Shown: positions 49,224 through 59,119 of the stretch, piece by piece
How positions within the stretch are numbered: position 1 is the first letter of the stretch
Layout of the letters: each line of letters begins with the position of its first letter
NCBI GenBank assembly: GCA_963932905.1
Contig: CAWVRN010000017.1
Location: forward strand, 26,790 to 90,789
Direction: 5' to 3'
DNA length: 64,000 nucleotides
Origin: an uncultured Bdellovibrio sp.
GTDB lineage: Bacteria > Bdellovibrionota > Bdellovibrionia > Bdellovibrionales > Bdellovibrionaceae
The notes under the pieces: model-generated
Database searches by the model: none
What the model saw: only the letters and a program-made list of their open reading frames with translations
Told to the model about the DNA's origin: nothing
Made by a program: the position numbers and the translations under genes

Positions 49224-49763
49224 ATGTCAAGAATTGAACTTCAAAACCCCCAGTCTGCTAACGGAGAACGAAAAGAGATTTTTTCTGAAATCAACAAGGC
49301 ATTTGGAACAACACCAAATATGTTTAAGGCCATTGCCAATTCGACCTCTGCATTAAAAATGATGTGGTCAGCATTTGGCGCATTGGGCGGCGGAAAATTG
49401 GGAGCCAAGCTTGGCGAACAGATCGCTGTCGCAGTAGCAGATCTTAATCGCTGTGAATATTGTTTAGCGGCCCACACAGCACTTGGCAAAGGCGCTGGGT
49501 TAACTGCCGAAACAATGAGTCATGCACAAAATGGAAAGTCCTCGGACCCAAAGACTCAAGCTGCGTTGAGCTTTGCCGTGAAGCTGGTCAAAGAACGCGC
49601 CCATGTTTCTCCTGATGATATTTCGGCCCTAAAAAAAGCAGGCTATTCAGATGAAGAAATTGTCGAGATTCTTGCTCACGTTGCGCTCAATATTTTTACG
49701 AATTACACAAACGTGGCGTTTGACGTCCCTGTTGATTTTCCTAAGGTAGCGTTTCGCTCGTAA
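49224..49763 (+). CDS. AhpD/carboxymuconolactone decarboxylase-family peroxidase-related enzyme
   Basis: PNMFKA, EQIAVAVA..NRCEYCLAAH, NIFTNY; ATG 49224 after AAGGAG. Confidence 0.9.
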   Translation: MSRIELQNPQSANGERKEIFSEINKAFGTTPNMFKAIANSTSALKMMWSAFGALGGGKLGAKLGEQIAVAVADLNRCEYCLAAHTALGKGAGLTAETMSHAQNGKSSDPKTQAALSFAVKLVKERAHVSPDDISALKKAGYSDEEIVEILAHVALNIFTNYTNVAFDVPVDFPKVAFRS

Positions 49764-49873
49764 AAACGGCTGAGTTAAGCAAGAAATGAAAAAGACCAGG
49801 AATATAAATTGGATTTGAAAACAGCAAAGACCTTATCCAATTTATATTTCCCGGTAAAAATTAAGGAGCGGTT

Positions 49874-50176
49874 GTGAATAAAATAGTTTTTCCATCAACA
49901 AAATCCAAACTACTTCAGGGGCCATTTAAAAACTCTGCGGACTTAGCTAAGGTTTACGAGCCGGTTGATTGTGATTTCACAGACGAGCTGGAGTTCGTTT
50001 CAGTTAAAAAAATCCAAGTCGAGGTCAAATACTGGGGTCCAAACGGAAGGTTGATAGATTGCACGGGTCGAATCATCGATATTTTCACAAAAGATAAAGA
50101 GGAGTTCATGACGATGTCAGATTCTACGCGAATACGGCTGGATCGAGTCTTTCAAATTGGGATCGTTGATGATTGA
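49874..50176 (+). CDS. Rof/YaeO-like Rho-binding antiterminator
   Basis: YEPVDCDFTDELE...IRLDRV resembles Rof (YQPINCDDYDNLE); AAGGAG SD. Confidence 0.7.
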   Translation: MNKIVFPSTKSKLLQGPFKNSADLAKVYEPVDCDFTDELEFVSVKKIQVEVKYWGPNGRLIDCTGRIIDIFTKDKEEFMTMSDSTRIRLDRVFQIGIVDD

Positions 50177-50277
50177 TGATAACCCTAGGACCCAGAACTC
50201 TCATATTCAAATTGGCGCCGCCGCCTATTTTTGATTAACTTGTTGACCGGTAGTCTTTCAATTTAGAAAATGTCTCA

Positions 50278-50658
50278 ATGAAATGCTTATTTTTTATAGC
50301 GTTACTTTTGCTACTCTCTCGTTCACAAGCTTATGTGGTTTTAGGAGTTCGCACGACTATTTTGGTCGAAGGAATTAACAAAAATAAAATTCAAGAAATC
50401 TGGTTCGAAGGGTGCGATAAGGATAGTTGTTCAAAACCCGAAATTAAAAGTAAGTGCACAAAGAGTGAATCTTCGAAATACTTTTGTCATTTGAGCGGCC
50501 AAAACCCTTTCTTTGTTAGATTCACTGTCAGACTCAGTACCAATAAACTTTTTAGTTCGAAATTTGTCGGCACTAACGGCGAAAGCTCATTGAGTAACTT
50601 CAAATTGGAGGTAACCCAAACCGCTGTGATGGTTACGCAAGTCAAGGGTGTTCTTTAA
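50278..50658 (+). CDS. Hypothetical secreted Cys-containing protein
   Basis: Signal peptide ending SQA, four Cys in mature part. Confidence 0.55.
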   Translation: MKCLFFIALLLLLSRSQAYVVLGVRTTILVEGINKNKIQEIWFEGCDKDSCSKPEIKSKCTKSESSKYFCHLSGQNPFFVRFTVRLSTNKLFSSKFVGTNGESSLSNFKLEVTQTAVMVTQVKGVL

Positions 50659-50762
50659 AGGTGTGGTTGAGCAACTATACGGCTCCCGGTAAGCGATATG
50701 ACCGGATATTTTTATATCTAATTTTTGTCACAGACCCTTTCGGAGCCCGCATACCGTTCATA

Positions 50763-51002
50763 TTATCTGATCTCTATTTCAAGACCCCCGTACTCTTTGC
50801 GCCAGCGATAAAAACTTTGTGGTGAAATTTGCAGTTTCTTACAGACGTCTTCGATTGAACTACCTCTTGCTAGCTCTACTTCTGCTAAACGAAGCTTTGA
50901 GACAATCTCTTCGGCTGCGATTCGTTTTCCTTTTGGCATAAATGCTCCCTTTCGTTTGCCAGTCGATCTTATTTTCTGGCTCGTGTTAAGGGGAGCAGGT
51001 AA
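50763..51002 (-). mobile_element. IS3-family remnant: left end plus truncated OrfA (50763-50939)
   Basis: MPKGKRIAAEEIVSKLR...SFYRWRKEYGG HTH; end sequence TTACCTGCTCCCC resembles IS3/IS407-type IR; no OrfB. Confidence 0.8.
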
Positions 51003-51270
51003 CTGTGGGGTGACCCCCAATCGTCTTGCTGCCTCAGCCTTTGACCCACCGGCGGCCTCAATAGCTTCGAGTACGAATGACTGCTTATCTTGCCCCTGTT
51101 TTAACTCAAAACCTTCCGGGTTAAGCCCTCCAAGCCAATTCGCATGCGTAGCTGCAGAATAAGTTATGATCTTTGGTTCATCGAAATTCTTCAGAAAATA
51201 GATATAGATGAGCTTCGGCATTTGCTGGACAATCTGAACTAAAGGCGTTCAGAATTGAACGTCTTGCAGA
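51003..51270 (-). pseudogene. Remnant of sigma54-dependent (NtrC/Fis-HTH) activator cut by the IS
   Basis: YFLKNF..., HANWLG (like WPGN) and EAIEAAGGSKAEAARRLGV Fis-type HTH ending at the IS end. Confidence 0.6.
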
Positions 51271-51418
51271 ATTACTTATTTCGGCTTTACCTGAATTTGC
51301 GCTAAAATATTCCGACATTCAAAATGTTCCAAATAGTAAATGGTCGTCCATGTTAAGGGATTCGATGCAGTTCATATTACTTCGGAAGAAGCCAATTCGA
51401 TGTCAGACAAATTGAAAT

Positions 51419-51430
51419 TGGTGCCGGTGA
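51419..51430 (-). other. tRNA 3'-end-like sequence, possible att junction
   Basis: Minus strand TCACCGGCACCA resembles an acceptor stem plus CCA; no full cloverleaf; abuts recombinase genes. Confidence 0.4.
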
Positions 51431-51905
51431 AGCAAAGACAGACGAACACCTTCCCTTTATTAAATATCCACATGATATTATTGCATTTTCTCAAAGTCCA
51501 GCAAAGTCGAATATTGATGAGTTTCGACGACTTTACAACAAAGGACTCTCTTTACGCGAGATTTCTGAGTGTACCGGATTCTTAGTTAGCGCCATCCGAA
51601 GCGAACTTATTGCTAATAATATTCCACTTCGAACGAACTATAAAACCACCCCGGACGACCCTAAAAAGCCAGCTAGAGCTTTCCGTGGTGCCATTCCTTA
51701 TGGATACAATAGCCTCGATGGAAAGCTAGTCATTGACCCAAAAGAAACTAAAACTGTCCGAAAAATTTTATCGCTTCACCAAAAAGGCATGAGCTTTAAT
51801 ACCATCGCAAAGACACTTACTGCGGATAAAATTCTAAGTAAAACTGGACGTCGATGGAATGATAAAACGGTAGCAAGAATTATTAGACGAACAAAATCTG
51901 AATAG
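51427..51905 (+). pseudogene. HTH plus serine-recombinase DNA-binding-domain protein lacking an in-frame start (frameshift near 51450)
   Basis: Frame open 51357-51905: GLSLREIS HTH, IPYGY, ETKTVRKI, GMSFNTIAKTL, GRRWNDKTVARII. Confidence 0.72.
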
Positions 51906-51925
51906 CAACATGATCGGAGGATCAC

Positions 51926-52087
51926 ATGAATAGTCTCATTAAAATTGCAGTCGTATTGGCATTTGGCGCCGTCGCAACCGGCAATTTACCAGCAATACTA
52001 AGCCAAGTACGCAAGACTCAGTTTCAACTCATAATGGAATCTAAGTCATCTAACTGGCCTAAGGCTATGCGATTTCCTTTCAGGTAA
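51926..52087 (+). CDS. Small 53-aa membrane/secreted protein (not in ORF track)
   Basis: GGAGG SD; MNSLIKIAVVLAFGAVATGNLPAILSQVRKTQFQLIMESKSSNWPKAMRFPFR. Confidence 0.7.
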   Translation: MNSLIKIAVVLAFGAVATGNLPAILSQVRKTQFQLIMESKSSNWPKAMRFPFR

Positions 52088-52440
52088 GCTCATGCACATT
52101 TGCCTACAAAACTCGGTATAATCACCCAAGTTTTAGGATGCCGGACGAAGTCGACGTACAAGTCGTTGAGCTACCAGAATTAATTTAAATGAGCTGGCGG
52201 GACTACGTTGGATCAAAAACATGACAATTCCAAAAATTTACAATGCCATGGGCAGGTCTCTGCCCGCCGTTCAGGTGAGTATTCAAACTATTCGCAACTG
52301 TGGAGTATCGCATATGAATTTAGAAGAATTTGAAAAAATTAGCATCCAAGAGTCTATAAATCGAGAATTTGCAAAATGATCACAGAACAAAAGCAATTTG
52401 AGCTCAACTCAATCACAAGTAGGTTAAGAAAGAAGGTGAT

Positions 52441-52665
52441 ATGAATGCTCCAATCAAGTTTTTATCTTGGGTTTTAGGTGTCGTGTTCATACCAAGTTTT
52501 GGCGATTCATATGTAAACCTAACTTATAGAATGGGTCAGGCAGCTATTCATGCCCACAAACATGATCAAATTTCTTATTCAATATACACCCGACTACTTT
52601 GGCAGGACAATATTGCCAAAGTAAAAAAACTAAACCCCAAAAGTTCCGATAACTTAAAAGACTAA
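52441..52665 (+). CDS. Small 74-aa membrane/secreted protein
   Basis: AAGGTG SD; MNAPIKFLSWVLGVVF hydrophobic N-terminus followed by amphipathic helix. Confidence 0.65.
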   Translation: MNAPIKFLSWVLGVVFIPSFGDSYVNLTYRMGQAAIHAHKHDQISYSIYTRLLWQDNIAKVKKLNPKSSDNLKD

Positions 52666-52720
52666 GACCCAAATTATATTTTTTTAGTCGCAGTATTGAA
52701 AAATTCGCGAAGTAAATTGT

Positions 52721-53506
52721 ATGGGTCGTATAAACGCGTTGTACTTCAGAGAAAGTACCGAAGGGTAACAAACCAAACTAGAATCTCAGATCAGAGCACT
52801 TGAAGAGTGGTGCAATAGAAATCAAATTAATGAGTACGAAATTTTTGCGGACGAACGAATATCAGGAGCTAAGGAGGACCCACCAGCTCTGAATCGCCTG
52901 ATAAAAATGGTTGAAAATAGCGAAGTGGAACAAGTTATCGTTTTTTCATTTTCACTTTTTGCCAGATCGACAAGTCATCTTTTAAAAGGATTGAAAATCC
53001 TCAAAGAAAAAAACACACGATTCATATCAATGACTAAATCAATTGACACTAACTCTCCACTTGGGGTAGCTCTATATACAATTTAGGAGCACCGGCACAA
53101 TTTGAACGTGAATTGATCATCACGAGAGTACGGGCTGGTATGGCGAACGCTAAAGTCAAGAGCAAGAGAATTGGCCGCGTGAAAAAACGAAATTCAATTT
53201 TGATCAGATCGTTAGTTGAAGCCAAATTATCTTACCGGGGGGATTTCCCGAATCTCGAAATGTTCGCACGATAGTGTACACGCTGAACTCGCGGCCTACC
53301 GAAAAGAAAAAGAAGCTGCAGAAAAACAAAAGCTAATAGAATTTCAAGCCACTTTAAATTTAGACTTGTCATCTTCGACAATTGAAGCACTAAAAAATGA
53401 CAATGTGTCAGCGGAATCAATTAAAACATATCAACAAAAAAAAGAGGATGATGCTAAAATTAAAGTAAATGAAATTCAAGGGACCTATTACGAAACGTTC
53501 GACTAA
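52721..53506 (+). pseudogene. Serine recombinase (resolvase/invertase) pseudogene
   Basis: YFRES(T), DERISGAK, FARSTSHL, IDTNSPLG, AQFERELIITRVRAGM; stop at 52766-52768 and two frameshifts. Confidence 0.88.
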
Positions 53507-53511
53507 AAACC

Positions 53512-53548
53512 ATTCCCCTGCCGAACCCTAATTTGGCAGGGGAATTTT
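53512..53548 (+). terminator. Intrinsic terminator after resolvase
   Basis: ATTCCCCTGCC...GGCAGGGGAAT stem followed by TTT. Confidence 0.7.
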
Positions 53549-54349
53549 AGATGACAATAAAAATATTTTAAAATAGAAACTGGCCGCGCTTGGAAGTCAT
53601 TTGACTGGGACACTTGGATCGTCTTTACAAAATTGGTTTGATCGGCGACCCACTCAATAAAAATAAATCTGACCTTTTTAGCGAAATGGGTTTGCGAATA
53701 TCAAAAAAAATTATTTGAAAAACATTTTCTTAAATAGTATTTATTTTCTTTTTAGGAGAGTGCGTCTTTGAAGTTCTCCTTGTTAACTTTGGCTTATTTT
53801 ATTTTCAGATCTTTTTAAGAGTTTCATTAATTTCTTCCCATTCTCAAGTTTGATTAATTTATCAAGATTCGCCAAATCGGTATTCTGAGCTATTTCCTAA
53901 AAATAATCTTCCCCAACGTTGTTTGGTATAGTTTAAGAATCTCAATCAAAATATCAAAATCGATCGTTTGAACTTTTTTACCACAAAAACAAATTCCACC
54001 AAAATCCCAGTCGACATTTAATCGATAAGCAGGCACATCAGGAGGAACAAGGCATCCGATCCTGAAAAACTCATTTCTAATAAATTGAATTTTTCTAATT
54101 GGTCGCACCGCTAAATTGTGCCATCAAATTGCCTACTCGACAACAGACTGACCAAAAAGCTCGCCTTAAAAAGGTACTATTGAAGATTTCAAATCAAAAC
54201 CAAAAACTCCGACAAAAACGTCCGAGCGATCTTGTTAAACTATCAGCCTAAAAAAAGTGATTGAAGGTCAATATACCAGCAGAGAAAAATCGACCTTTAA
54301 GCGAACAACATATATTCGAAAAAATATAAAAAAACTTACAAAGTAGTCA

Positions 54350-54842
54350 GTAATAGATTTTGACTTTGGATTTGGCAAGTAAACATCCATACCTGCTTTA
54401 TTTATATAGATAACAAAATCACCCGACGGCGATCCTCCGATACTAACAATAATGAGGTCATGGACACTTTACAATTTTGTTGTATCTATGTTTACCCTGT
54501 CCCCGAAGGCGTATTGAGGGAGAATTTATCAACGATGGCTTGTAGTTTTGCAATTGTACCGGGTGAAAGCATGCCTATAAGTATAGTAGTTGGCTGTTGA
54601 TTCGGGCAGCGTGGGCCGATTTTTCAAACTATTTGACCGTCACTCGAGATCAACATCATTGAAATCATTGAAGTATATTGTTCATTCCAAGTTGCCTCCG
54701 GCACATCGGCAAGCGTTTGTATCACTTTAATTAAAACCTTAGGAGTATCAGAACTTAGCATTCTTTGTGGCTTATTTACTCTCGAGGTCGCGCAACCAGA
54801 AAAAAATATTGCAGCTAATCCTAAAATCACCTTTCTAATCAT
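54350..54842 (-). pseudogene. Degraded lipoprotein gene
   Basis: FSGC lipobox; in-frame TGA at 54624 followed by continued protein-like reading (KIGPRCPNQQPTTILIGMLSPG); 3' limit approximate. Confidence 0.5.
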
Positions 54843-55338
54843 GGAGATTTCCTTTTTGAGAATGAGTCAGTTCTTAGATTTTATGGCTGTCCGATGCAGT
54901 TTCGGGAAAACATAATCACGACCTGATCACCAGCTTCGAGATTCATGCTTCCAATGACATCCTCTAAACTCTTGCCATACTTTGTCTTTAAAGTGAAATG
55001 AGCAAGGACTCTATCGTGTTCCGAGACTCTAAAAATCATTTAGTCGGAAGGTGGAAGCATGGATTTTTCTAATGCAGTCGATCCAGTCATTTCAAATTGA
55101 TCAGATGCATTTTCAAAAGCGCTACCCGGCATGTTGCTTTATGAGCTATTTATAAAGTGATAATAAAAATAGCATCATGCACGTCATTACCTGTCATCAA
55201 AATCGCTCCGACGCGAAAGACGCCCAATTTGATCTATGATTCTTAAGGCGATGAAGGTTTTTTTGAGGAAGAATAAATTCAATTCCTGCTTGAACCTTCA
55301 TCGCGTCCACCGAGAGAGAAACCGCGGGGCGCTGGAGC

Positions 55339-56856
55339 TTAAAGTTTTTCCACCGAATCTAGTTGGCAACCGATTCGTTGTCCTTTCACTGAGGCAACAC
55401 CTTTTTGCGACACTAGGACTTGAATAGTCACGCTCTTATTAGCCTCATCAACATCAAATTTTTGGAAGTAAAGGAATTGAGGAACACTTGGTAATTTGTG
55501 AACTAAGTTTTTACAAAACGTATGAGTCTGTCCGATAACCCAACGACAAGAGCAGTATTCACGTGCGGCAAATTGAGAACCGACATTAAGTTTTTTAGCG
55601 AGTGAAGCTTGAGGTTGCGGTGTCGCGAATTTCCATCCCGGATCTAGGACTGTGACTGGATTATATTCATCATGCTGAACGTTAAAACCCGGTATCTTTA
55701 CTTTTACATCGGGAAGTTCAACTTGGCTATGACCTACGGCTTTCATGATAGACGCTAACATATAGGGGCCATGGGTGCTTTCTTCGCCAGCACTAACGTC
55801 GTCGTCAGCTAGTCTTACGATCACCATATTTTCATCTGGAATCACTACGATATACTGTCCCTGATAACCTAAAAATAGAAAACTATTAGCCGGGATAGCA
55901 GGATAAGGTGACGTAACCGAAACTTCTGGTACGGCTATATTCAACCATAAATCTGCGCCATAAGGACGAGCACTTGGGGTGCGATGAGGCGAGTAAAAAC
56001 CAGGGTTCAAACGCGTTTGAAACTCAACCCACTCTGCGGGAACGATTTGCAGATCATTCCATTTTCCTTTCTGCAGGTATAATTGTCCCAGTTTTAAAAA
56101 ATCTCTTGGTTTTAAAAACAAGTGTGTTGAGCCTAAAAATGTACCAGATTTATCTTGTTCAAATGTGACATCATCAATACCTAATGGGCTAAATAATGAA
56201 TCAAATGGAAAACGATCATAACTGGCCTTATCTAGTCGTCCTTTTAATGCCGCCATCAGGACATTGCTATCGCCGCTGGAGTATGAAAAACGCTCTCCAG
56301 GCAAAAATATCTGACGTCGTGATAAAACATAGCGGGCCGTATCAGGGTTGCCATTACGATAAAGCATGGCAGTTACGTCTGAGCGTTCAGGGCCGTCATC
56401 GTAACCCTCTCTAAACTCGATACCAGAGGACATTTGTAAAAAATCTTGGATTTTGATTTTTGATTTTAGCGGTGGCAGTTCCGGGAAAACATTAGCAAAC
56501 TGACTTAGAGGCTCTGCGTGATGAAGAAGACCTTTTTTTTCAGCGATACCGATAAGGGCGCCGGTTACTGATTTTGCCATGGACCATGATTTGTACTTCA
56601 TTGATGGTTTGTAGCCACGGTCGTAACGTTCATAAATAAGCTGGCCATCTTTTTGGATCAGCAACGCACCAGTGCGAATGGTGGATTTTTTTTGAAACAA
56701 ATAATCCTCCATTTTTTGAAGCGATTCGGCCTGGAAAAACTCAGGCTTTACGTAACGATTCAAGGATTCGGAAGAGCGTGCATCCAAACTCCAAGAAGGT
56801 ATAGCCATGAGTGGCGTAACGAACAGGCAAAAAATATATGTCATTTTCATAATCAA
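55339..56856 (-). CDS. Secreted serine hydrolase (beta-lactamase/AmpC superfamily) with C-terminal Cys-rich domain
   Basis: SWSMAKS (SxxK), FSYSSGDS, PRDFLKLGQLYL, GYQGQ; tail AAREYCSCRWV. Confidence 0.85.
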   Translation of the reverse strand: MIMKMTYIFCLFVTPLMAIPSWSLDARSSESLNRYVKPEFFQAESLQKMEDYLFQKKSTIRTGALLIQKDGQLIYERYDRGYKPSMKYKSWSMAKSVTGALIGIAEKKGLLHHAEPLSQFANVFPELPPLKSKIKIQDFLQMSSGIEFREGYDDGPERSDVTAMLYRNGNPDTARYVLSRRQIFLPGERFSYSSGDSNVLMAALKGRLDKASYDRFPFDSLFSPLGIDDVTFEQDKSGTFLGSTHLFLKPRDFLKLGQLYLQKGKWNDLQIVPAEWVEFQTRLNPGFYSPHRTPSARPYGADLWLNIAVPEVSVTSPYPAIPANSFLFLGYQGQYIVVIPDENMVIVRLADDDVSAGEESTHGPYMLASIMKAVGHSQVELPDVKVKIPGFNVQHDEYNPVTVLDPGWKFATPQPQASLAKKLNVGSQFAAREYCSCRWVIGQTHTFCKNLVHKLPSVPQFLYFQKFDVDEANKSVTIQVLVSQKGVASVKGQRIGCQLDSVEKL

Positions 56857-56984
56857 TACCTCATAAATAGAAGAACATTTCTGAAACGAATGTTTATCTG
56901 ATTAGTTGTTAAAAAGGTCCCTGTCATTTGCGAAATGATTTATAAGGGTTTTTAAAGATGACTTCAATGCCATAGGATAACTTT

Positions 56985-57644
56985 TTATTTTTTTATTTGT
57001 CTTAAAAGACGGCTCATGGACGTTGGTGTAATGCCAATAGCCAGGGCCAGATCAGACTGCGAAACCCTGTTTTCGATACCTGGGTATCGAAATAAAAGCC
57101 TTTCCAGGCGATCTTCTGCGGTGAGAGTGACGTATTCGTATTCTTTTTGTTCACGCTCAATATACAATTCTTCCGCGAGCCGGCGCCCAAATTCCTGCCA
57201 AGTAGAATTTTCTTTATAAAGGTCCTCTACAATAGAGTAAGGCGCGGTGTAGACAATTGAGGGTTCAATGGCATCGATGGTGACGTGGGACGGCAGGTGA
57301 GTCGTCAAAGCAGCTAGTGACCCTACAAAAAATCCGGTGTCGCAGAAATTTAGTATGTGTTGGTCACCCTTCGTCGACAAAGTGTAACTTTTAAAAAGCC
57401 CTTTGAGCACGAAGCCAACTTTATTTGAAAGCTCCCCCTCACGAATAAAGGATTGTCCCGGCTTATAACGCTCAATGGTGAGTGTCCTTGTAAAGATTTG
57501 TAATTCGTCTGTTGTAAATGGAGCCAATGATTGCATAAGGAAGTAAAAAATTTCTTTGGGGTCACCCTTTTCCAATTCTTGAATTCTTTGCTTTCTTCTG
57601 ATCGAGATAGTTAATGCCGTTTTCACGGCTAGGGGATCTATCAT
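56985..57644 (-). CDS. Crp/Fnr family transcriptional regulator
   Basis: cNMP domain (GFVLKG, AIEPS), TAEDR, QSDLALAIGITPTSMSRL HTH. Confidence 0.9.
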   Translation of the reverse strand: MIDPLAVKTALTISIRRKQRIQELEKGDPKEIFYFLMQSLAPFTTDELQIFTRTLTIERYKPGQSFIREGELSNKVGFVLKGLFKSYTLSTKGDQHILNFCDTGFFVGSLAALTTHLPSHVTIDAIEPSIVYTAPYSIVEDLYKENSTWQEFGRRLAEELYIEREQKEYEYVTLTAEDRLERLLFRYPGIENRVSQSDLALAIGITPTSMSRLLRQIKK

Positions 57645-58084
57645 TAATACAAGAAGCTTAACAAGAGAAAAATATTAAATAGTAGATGACCATTCAATTT
57701 GCACTGAATATGTGTGTCCAAATATGTGTCCAGCGGAGCCTTCCGCTAGTTGGACTTAAATAATTTGGTTCTGACGAATCAAATCCCACCTCTGAATAAA
57801 ACCAACTCCTTCATTTGCTGACGAAACAAGAAAGTATAGTGTAGATTTTTAAACAGTAGACCTCATGTTCTCAACTTCAAAATCAGACTTCAACATGTCA
57901 AAAGGAAGTCGCAACGAATATTGCGAAAATTTTTAAATGTAAAAATATTAATTTCCTATTTCCAAACTGAATCAGGCACACTATGTATTTCCTTAACCTC
58001 CAACAAAAGGGGAAGTTTTATTGACAAAAGACTAAATATGATTCCAATCGGACTTTATACGACTTAAAACAAAAGGAGAGTGCT

Positions 58085-58892
58085 ATGTTCAAGAACATAA
58101 AATTAATATGTATTACTATACCCATTTCATGCGCCCTACTTGGCTACCTACTGGTTAAAAGGGATGTCAAGGTAAGGGACCATTCCCTCACCACGTACTC
58201 CTATACTCTTACTAAGGGAACCAAATATCTCGTGGAGTTTGAGTCTGGATTGGTAGATTCTCATGAAGTTTGGATGATAGAAAAATCTCTGCTTAAAACG
58301 ATTTCTGATTTTTAAGACTTTGTCCTTTACGACCGAGCCGGTTATGCCACTTCGACATTAAAATAAAAAACACCTTAGGACCATCCAAACATTAACCGCC
58401 GAATTAGATTCCATTATTGAAAATTACAGAAAAGATCTAAAAGTCATTCTTGTAGAGACACTCACTGGATTTGAATGATCATCAAAAGCTATGCCTGCAG
58501 TTTTCCGCAAAAAGTAGCCGCTTTATTTTTCGTCGAGTCTTCTAACGAAGATTACAACAATCCAACACTTGAACATGTAACCCAAATTGCAGCCACACTA
58601 CAATTGATTCTTGGAGCATACTACGAAGCTCTTGCTTTAATCGATGATGCAACCAACTTACACGCGTTCTCTCGCTGAGCTGCCTAGCGTTCCCGTAATC
58701 GCAACCGATAGTATGCGGGTAGATGACGCGCCCTCAGGTCAAGATAGACAAAGAGGGTTTGCCGCTAAAGAAAGGTTCAGAATAGGACCGTCAAATTTTC
58801 TGCATTTCACGACCGAGAAATCTGGGAATTATATCACGTTGGACGAACCCAATTTAGTAATTGACGGGATAATGCGACTCTATTCCCACTAG
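58085..58892 (+). pseudogene. Alpha/beta hydrolase pseudogene in at least three fragments
   Basis: VEFESGL, YDRAGY, YACSFPQKVAALFFVESS, SGNYITLDEPNLVIDGI spread across shifting frames with stops. Confidence 0.8.
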
Positions 58893-59119
58893 TTTAGGTG
58901 TGGGTAAAAGTCGATTGCGATGACTGGTTTATTCTAATTACCAATACTTTTAATTATAAATATGGTGCGGCACAAACCACACCTGTAAATAATTAAGTCC
59001 AATTACTACCCGTGTCCAATATGGACGCGGAGACGTAAATTAATGGTTTACATGTGGGTCGGACTGCCATTATCTTTTATTATAGGCAATAATCTATTTT
59101 TTATGAAAGAAAGTTGTAA

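Noticed and set aside
51340..51450. Intact tRNA gene at the att-like site
   Set aside because: Only about 12 nt resemble a tRNA 3' end; no cloverleaf can be folded
53890..54108. 72-aa minus-strand ORF
   Set aside because: No recognisable motif; in a decayed region; cannot be supported as a gene
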